This document shows positions 20,101 to 29,100 of a DNA stretch of 64,000 bases, piece by piece. The stretch lies in NCBI GenBank assembly GCA_000002435.2, contig CM018790.1; one strand, given 5' to 3'. Both the position numbers and the translations under genes were made by a program. This DNA is from Giardia intestinalis. Lineage: Eukaryota. Each line of letters starts with the position of its first letter. The first letter of the stretch is position 1. The notes below the pieces were generated by a model. It had not been told where the DNA came from. It saw only the letters and a program-made list of their open reading frames with translations, and made no database searches.

Positions 20101-23100
20101 GCTCCCCAATATTGTGAGAAGTTGATCACCACTATCCAGGCTATAAAGATGCAACTGAGCCACAGAAATAACAATGCAGTCATGACTAACGCGCTCATCA
20201 CCTTGCGTGACCTCTTCCGGGTTGCTGATCGTCTGCCTCGCACGCTTACTGAGCTTGCAATGGGGATTTTTGAATTGATCGGTGAGCGACAGCGTGACCC
20301 AGCAGACAAACAACTGGTAGCAGAGATCATCGCCAAAAACCTGGGGCTCAAAACATTCTCGGTTTCGGCAGCGGAGCAAGAGTACGCCATTCGAGTGCGA
20401 CCAATTCAAAGTATGATTGAGAAGGCTCTCAAGGCGGGCGCTGATAGTCCCAAGTCGGCCTTCTTGTTGAAATTTCAGGACATCGTGTGGACTCCGAGCA
20501 TGATCAGGCTTTTCGCCCTCTTGTTCACCTCCGTTTCCAATGGGGAATCGCCACTGCTTGTTGGAGTGAGTGGAGCGGGCAAAACGACATCCGTGGAGCT
20601 GATTGCAGCCATCATGGCCCAGCAATTAGTGCAGGTCAATCTTCATAAGCATACAGAAAGTGCAGACTTCATAGGAAGCCTGCGTCCATTGCGTTCTCGT
20701 GAGTCTATGCATGCCCATCTCTCAGTTCTAAAGGAGTATGCAGCCACAACTACAAATGTAGATAAAGCTGTCTATGCCGAGATAAAGCGCCTTGAGACAA
20801 CGCTTGGGACTAAGCTATTTGAATGGGAAGATGGGCCGATACTGAATTGTATGAAGCGTGGCCACATTTTGTTACTAGATGAGGTCTCACTGGCTGACGA
20901 GTCTGTCCTCGAACGACTCAACTCAGTCTTGGAGACATCTCGCGAGCTCACTGTTGCTGAGAACCCAAACATGCCTCGGCCAGTGATTGCTCACACCGGG
21001 TTCAAGCTTATTGCGACGATGAACCCTGCAGGAGATTATGGGAAGAAGGAGCTTAGCCCTGCAATGCGATCCCGTCTTACTGAGTTTTGGATGCCGCATA
21101 TTCGAGACATCAATGAGGTTAGAATGATTTTAACAAGGAAGCTGCAGAAGACTGCCATCTATCGCTTAGGGCACCAACAAGGTCTTGATGTGGTCTCACT
21201 CTTGGCGGACTTCTTTGCAGAGATGGATAGAATAACACAAAGCGGCAGACTAGGAGATGTGTTTACTCTCAGTATTCGAGATATCCTGGCAGTTTGTGAT
21301 TACATTACAGAGGTGCAGACGAAGGAGGGTACTGAACTGGGGCAGATGCTCATCGATGCCGTCACGTTATCTATCTTAGATGGGCTCCCGGTTCGCACAC
21401 AGCTGGGAAATATGCCCGCTTGTCGTGAAGTTAAACACGAAATGGTTCTCTACCTTGCCAACCGCATTCTTTCCGCAAACCTGACAGACATCGATTTGAT
21501 CCAAGACCTAACAGTTAGCATTTCCAAAGACACCAACGAATTGACGTTTCTTCAAGCCTCTACACAAACCGTTTTGGCTACAATCCCTCCTGGTCCGCAA
21601 TACAACCATGCAAAGGCCCTTCGAAAGATGACATCGTTTAGGCTAGACGCTCCCACAACCATTAAGAACGCGTGCAGAATCGCCAAGGCGCTTCGGTTTC
21701 AGAGGCCGATTCTCTTGGAGGGCGATCCAGGCGTGGGAAAGTCCGCTCTAGTATCTGCCATTGCGGAAATCTGCGGGTATTCACTAGTCAGAATTAATCT
21801 TTCAGAACAGACAGACCTCTCCGACCTTTTAGGGTCTGATTTGCCTGCAGAGAATGGCTTTCGCTGGGTAGATGGTGTCTTGTTGAAGGCCGTTAAAGAA
21901 GGCGCCTTTATTCTTCTAGACGAGCTCAACCTGGCCAATCAGACCGTCCTGGAAGGTCTCAATTCACTTCTTGATCACCGCAGAAGCCTGTTCATTCCAG
22001 AGTTGATGCTCTCCGTCAAATCTCCGGATACCCTTCGGATCTTTGGCACCCAGAACCCTCGCTCGCAGGGTAGTGGTCGCAAGGGTCTTCCGCAATCCTT
22101 CATCAACCGATTTCTTAACGTGTACGTAGATGTATTAAAGAGTCAGGACTATGACTGGATCTTGAGCAACCTTTTCACCGATATCCCCACATACGTACTT
22201 GACTACATTCTCGGGTCCACTAAACAGCTTCGAGCAGGTTTGGAAGAGCTGAAATTCGGCATATCTGGCGGCCCGTGGGAGCTAAATGTTCGCGACATGA
22301 TGCGGCTCTGTGACATGTTGACTACAACCCCTGGCCTCGCACAAGGCATCACCCTGGCTCATGCCAAGCACTATGCACATATTCTATTTGGATATCGCTT
22401 TCGGACCGCTGATGATGATGCGTACGTCCAAAATGTGCTATTTTCTCCACACTCTCTTGACAGCGTTGCAGAAGCCACACAGTCACACCACTGGTACTCA
22501 CTACGACCTCTTTGGAACGTCACAGAAGACGTTGTGAAAATTGGCTCTCTTGCTATACCACGCATTGACCCTGTGTTTAGAGACGTTTTAGGGACGAAGC
22601 TGTCTTATGCACACACCTCGTGTTTCCTTACAGCACAGCTAGTTGCTTTAGAGGCACTGGCAGTAGCAGTGACACAGAACCTGAGCTGCATTTTGGTTGG
22701 ATCTCCTGAGTCTGGGAAGAGTAGCATTCTACGGACTCTTGCAGATGTTGTAAGACAGCCACTGGTCCACATTTCAGCAAGCACAGCAACAGATGTCTCA
22801 GATTTGATTGGTGCCTACGAACAAGTCGATGTTTTGTATGACTTGAAGAGTGTCATTAGAGATTTGTGTCTTTTCGTTCACTCACTGCCCATAAAGGCTT
22901 CTTACTCTGCTATCTCCTTCTCTGAATTCCTAAAAGACCTCACCGCCTCTCTCGATAGAGAGATTGGGGACGGATTGGGGTCCAAGAGCCGTGCGATATC
23001 AATGGAATCAATCGTTTCAGAGGTTGTACAGAAGCTTCTTCTGGAATTCATGGCTAAGTTTTCTCCGGATCTCGACTCTGGTGGACTAGCAGCCAAGAAC

Positions 23101-26100
23101 TTTTCCCTTTTCTGTTCAGAGATACTCACTCAAGACACAACACCTGTGGACGAACGCTTTTCACCTCACATGCCAACAATCCCCGAACTATGCAAGAGCA
23201 TGGCATCCCTCTATTTGTCCACTCAGCAGAGCCAGACAGGGCGCTTTGTGTGGAGGGACTCAGAGTTGATTCGGGCACTTGAGCGTGGTTACTGGGTAGA
23301 GCTGACAAACGCAAATTTCTGTATGCCTTCTGTTCTCGATAGACTCAATTCTCTTTTAGAGCGTGGAGGTGGTCTAGAAATACTAGAGCAAGGACTTGAG
23401 GAAACACGCTCCATTAAAGTGCACCCAAATTTTCGGCTCTTTATCAGCTACGCGCCCACAAGTGACATTTCTCGTGCACTCAGAAATCGCTCGCTAGAAC
23501 TGTCAATAGACATTCAGGTTTCTCATTACAATCTGCTTGATATTGTGCGTTGTGTCTACACGAGCTCAACTGCCAGTGGTGTCTCGCTAGATCCGTACTT
23601 GATAAAGCTCGTCTCACTGGTCTACTTTGAGCTTTCCAGAGATAACCCGGAGATTGTTGGCCTGGGGCTTCTCTTCAAATGGCTTAAGCTTCTTGTAACT
23701 TACCACAAGCGATTTTCCACGTCGGTTGGCGACCCCAAAGCAGTGTCCTCTTGGGTGGACCGCAGCTTCAGCTCTGTGTTCATAGCATCGACTCTGAACG
23801 CTGACCTCCATCGACAGTATATGCAGGTGTACCAGAACGCACGCCTGGCACTACAGGGAGATGGAAGCCTAGAGGCGTGTACTTTAGTTGAAGCTGCAGC
23901 TGTATTGAATCAGTTAACCTTGGGTGCCGTTAGAAAGCTCAGTATAAGCAATTCACTACAACATAGCTTGGCTTTGCTCGAGCTGCGTACTACCGTCAAA
24001 CCACTTGATCAGCTTGTCTCTCTTGCTGATCAAGAACCCCAGATCATGGAACCCTTCTCTCAAGTTAGTGGATGGCTAGCAATATGTGTAGGTCATTCAC
24101 TTGATTTCCAACACCACAAGGAGCTAGTCTCCAATTTGCTTACTAGCACAGATATAAATCCAATGTATCTGCTAACTCCGCCCGAGCCTTCAAGCCAGGC
24201 GTTGCTGAAGTACATATCACAAGGCTATCTTGATATGTACTCAAGTCCCGATTCGATTATCCACCAAGTTATTAAGTACGTCTCTTTATGCAGTCCTTTT
24301 TACGCCTCAATTCTCAAGCTTTTTATTGAGGGAAAGTTCACAACAAAAGATTCTTATCTACTATTATATTTGATAGAACTGTCTCAACATCTAGCGACTG
24401 ACCCCAATAACTACGATTATGTAGCCCTTTTCTTCTCCTTGTTTGAGCTTCTCATATCTCATTCCATAGACCCATCAACGAAGACATACTCTCTCGGCCA
24501 ACGTCAAGTCATGAGGACGTTCTTTGACATGATCTTGACAGATCAGTACTTCGAATCGATGCCGAGGCTTCTTTCAGGATACATTAGGTCTTTGTTCATT
24601 TCTGCGGCACGAAACGATCTAGAGACTGCCTGGCTCGCTGTCCGCAAGAACTTAGCGCTGGCGCGCATTTCAGTCCACTACCTTCCAGAGTTATTTAAAG
24701 TGTTTAGATACGTAATTGAACGACTGAATCTTTGCATCTCTCCAGAGGGCGTTGTGTTCCTTCAAGAAGGACTATCGGACAGCATTACAGCAAGTCTCTG
24801 GAAGGACATCTTGGCGACCGTCATATATATGGCATGTAGGGCAGATGACCAAACTGGTGATTATGTCCCAAAGCTTGCAATCCTGCAAGACTCGGCAAAC
24901 CGCATCGATCTTTGCGCATCGAAGCTCTCTGGCAATCAGCACCCGACAGCTCGTGCCTTAGCTCAGATGCAATCGCTTTTCTTGCTATTTACAGGAAAAG
25001 CCTTTTGCATGCAGGTGTCGGACACTCTCGAGGGTTGGTCGCAGAGAGATTTGACGACACAACTACCGATTCTCCTCTTCAGATCCATGAGCTTCTATCA
25101 TAGAAACGCTGCGGGGCCAATTACATACCTTAGGGGCCCAATCTTTGTCAGCACCGGGGAGTTCGTAACAAGCTCTCTGTCTGTTCCCGCTCTTCTGACT
25201 AATGCTATTGAAGAGCAGGCAACCTCAGTTCTCAAATCTCTCTTGTGCAGAAGTGAGGACTTTCTGTCGTATGTCGGTAACGTCATCAACTCCATTACAA
25301 CGATTGTGCTGCGGCTATTCTTCGCAGCCCTTGAGCGTGAAGCACCATCGTGTGACTTTACTGACGGCTCTTTCCAACTCTTCGCTCTCATTCTAGAAAC
25401 AATAGTTCACTCCAGCAACCCCCTTCTAGCGTCTCTCACTCAAGGAGTTGAAGATATTCTCAAAGCTATCATATCTGTGCAGCTTTCTCCAAGTCCTCTT
25501 CTTTTGTCTGGACTTGTTCTTACTGTTGCATCGCTAGTCCTCTACTTGCTCACGTCTATAGCTAATCAACGTGATCCGATAGTTATGACCAAGCATAGAG
25601 AAGTCCTCTACAGACGTCTGGCCAAACTGATTGCGACTTCCATCGAAGATTCTAAGCTGCACGCCTTGTTCGTGTTTGGAGACGGCGCGCTGTCTGAGAG
25701 CTCCTCGATATACAAAGAGCTATCGACACTTTACAATTCTTATGCCGAAGCAGCTGATCAGTATGCAGCTGAGCTGCTTGTGAGAGCAGATGACGAAGAT
25801 AATACATTCTTTGAAGATCTGTCGTCTCAATTAGCCAGTTTGGATGGCTTTGAGGTACATGTGTTGACTTTTGTTTCTGGGGTATTGAATTTGGAGAAGG
25901 TCCTCCAAATGCACGAGAGCACGGAGTGCATTGAGGCTATCCTTGATGGACTTGCTGTAGCCGAACGCCAAATATCAACCACTCTAGCTGCTCTTCTCCC
26001 CAGACTCATAAACTATACCGTTGAGAGCAGCTACTATCTCGATATGACCATTCCCATAGCCTCTTTTCTAATGTGTCTTAGGGTAGGGCTTTCTGCCGTT

Positions 26101-29100
26101 ATTTCCTCCGTGTATGCCCATGTTTGTGATGCGATAAACGCGGCCCGAAGGCTATCAAGCGAAGGCATTGGACTGCAGATAACCCTCCAGGATTTGCTTC
26201 TTCTTATCCAGCGGGTCGTCGTCGGTACTGGAGATGAGTTTCTCGACCTTTTGTGCTATGACAAGTTCATACGTTCATGCTGTTCTTCCAAGACCGTTTC
26301 TACTCTTCACGTAGCCCGCTTATTCACACTCTCACTTCTGCAATACTCTTCATGTTCCAAGGGAGTTCAAGGTGACGTATCGCAGTTTCTTCTGGCTGAT
26401 ACGTTGAGGCCTGAGCGTGTGTCATCTATTGCCGCCCAATTTGAAATTGAGGAAGCCAGAAGTTATCGGAAATATATAGCAGACCATAGCATCTTTAAAA
26501 CACGCAATCAGTCTTCGACGGCCGAGGGAGTCAGTGAAGAGGATGAGCTGAAAACGCAAATTGCTGCTCTGTTCCCAAAGAATGATAGTCACTTCATTAA
26601 ATCTGATACATCCTCAGACGATGAACAACCAATCAGCATGTCTGCTCAGACGAAGGTTGATTACGATGATGCATACGCCACTAGCTTCTTCACACGCATG
26701 AATATGATCCTGATTATCGGGAACTGTATCTTGCATCTATATACATCAGACACAGAGGCCCTCCCTATACAAGAACGTCTCCAGAACCTCTCGTCTATCC
26801 TTCAGGCCCATGTTCCTCATCTATCTCGCCCCTTAGTGGCCCTGCAAGCGGTTACATATGCACTGTCTATCTGCGCCGGAGGTGTGTCATCTAATTTATC
26901 TATTAGGTCTCCGCTGACACCAGAGACAGACAGACTTATGTATCCACTAGTGACAGGGGCTACCATGGGTCTAGTACGTGTGCTCAGCTCTCGAAGCCCC
27001 AATGTTGATTATGCAAAGCTCCAAACAGGTAAAACACGACGCGCAATTCATTGCGAGGACATCTATAGCCGCCCCTATCCTTACGAAACTGCGGAGTTTT
27101 GCTCCACTTTGCTTCGGAAGATCATTGTTCGGACGCAGCATCTCCTCACAGAGTGGCCAGATAATGTGCAGCTCCTAGACATCATGCATGTTTGCGACAA
27201 GCTCATGGAGCTCCCTGTTTTAGAAGCGCCACTTGTCATGTTTCTCACTGGGGCAGAGGTGCTTGTACGTCACTTGGAAACATGGGACAAGGGGGCACCT
27301 GCCGTCTATAAATACGTAACGAATCCGAACGTCCCTGTTCCAGAAAGCCTTACTAAGTCGTTAATTCATCTAATGGTGACGTGGAGGCGCGTTGAGCTGA
27401 TGTCTTGGAACGGATTCTTTTCTCGCGTGCATACACAGTTCTCGAACGTGTCTCTCACGTATTGGCCAGAGCTCCTAATAGCGAGCCTAACGTACCAACG
27501 ATCAGTGACTCAGGGAGAACCATCTACTGAAGCCTATTATGCGCAGATGCGCGAATTTCTCTACGAATCTAATGTAGGGGAGTTTCCAGTTCGTTTGAAA
27601 CTACTGTACACACTTTCAGCTCTACTAAGCAATATCGAGGAACTTGCGGAGCCAGAATTAGTTAGCTCACCCCATAAGACGATGACATCTGCTGTGCTGT
27701 TTTCTATTGCATCCGAAGCAGTGGAATTTGCTAAGTACATGAACAAAGAGTTCGAAGAGGAGGCTGCGCAGATCAAGAAGCGCTTTGAGGACCAGATTCG
27801 CATCTTTGAGTGGAACGAGCGCTCGTCTTACACGTCGTGGCTCACTGCACAAAATTCCCACCGTCTTTGCACTAAGATAATTAGAGAATATACAGAGGTT
27901 CTCCAGCATGCTACTCGTGCTTTTCATATGGGGTATAGCGCAACGTATGATCGAATACCATTGTCTGTTACAGTCCAGGAGTATCTTCCTTTGAGCTCTG
28001 AGTCTGGGATGCTACCTCCTGCGCTCTCACAGGAACTTGTGGAACGCCTCAACTATTGCGTTGAGCAGATGTGTCATGGACGCAAAGAATCCGAAACACT
28101 CAAGAGAAATGAAAAGAATAGGCTTTTAAGTGATGTACTGGATGTTCTTAAGGAGACGCTAGGCTGTGTTCTGTCCTCCGGTTTCGCCTTCAAGCAATCG
28201 TTCGGCTGGAAACTTGCTCATCTTTGTCTACCGAGTGTTCATTCAACATTTGAGCTTATGCATATGTTTCACGATTCTCTATGTCAGCGGTGTAATGAAG
28301 TTGAGCCCCATGATATTGAGCGGATGAAGAGAATAATCGCCTGTCTGAACCAGGTTTTCGTGCAACTATCCGAGCTAGTTGTGGAGCTGGCAGATATCGA
28401 ATTGCTATCTAGAGTAATGAGAACAGCCCCAACTGGTTCATCCAAGTCTCAGGCTGATAGCGTGCTTTATGTCTACTTGGCTGACAACTCTGTTCCTCAG
28501 CTTTTAACTACTCAGGTTATGTCTCACGTGACAAAGGCGCATAAGATGTGCATGTCTTTACAGGAATTTCTCATTGGGCTACCTCTCGATAGTTGCAAGT
28601 CATCTCCTACTAAGCTCCATGAGCAAATAGGCGGGTTTCTTGAGCGCTTCTCTGCTGATTCTGTAACGGCTCTCAATCGCATAAAGATATTTTCTAAGTT
28701 CTCTGCGCTCATAAAGCGCCTGTGCTCTATCACGCTTATTCCATTGGCATTCTTTGAAGAAGCAAAGGCTATTCTGCAGCAAATCTTGGCTGATCTTTCT
28801 CCTATCTTTTCAGCATTAATAGCCGTCTTGCCAACTGCACCTATATCGACATTTGTCACAGAACATGCAAAGTACCTTGCTCAGGTCACAGAGGTTATCG
28901 ACACTCTCACGGAACAGCTTGCGCAATGTAGGGTAGAGGAGGCGGCTACTGTATCGTCGATAGAATGGCCATATTTTGCCCTGCCGTTTGCTTCAGTTGG
29001 CGAGGAAGGTCTTTCAGTTGAGATTATTGTAGATAACGCAAAGAAACAAGTATCTGCGTATATGACTGCCTTTTTCACTTCGACACTTCAACCTATTTTA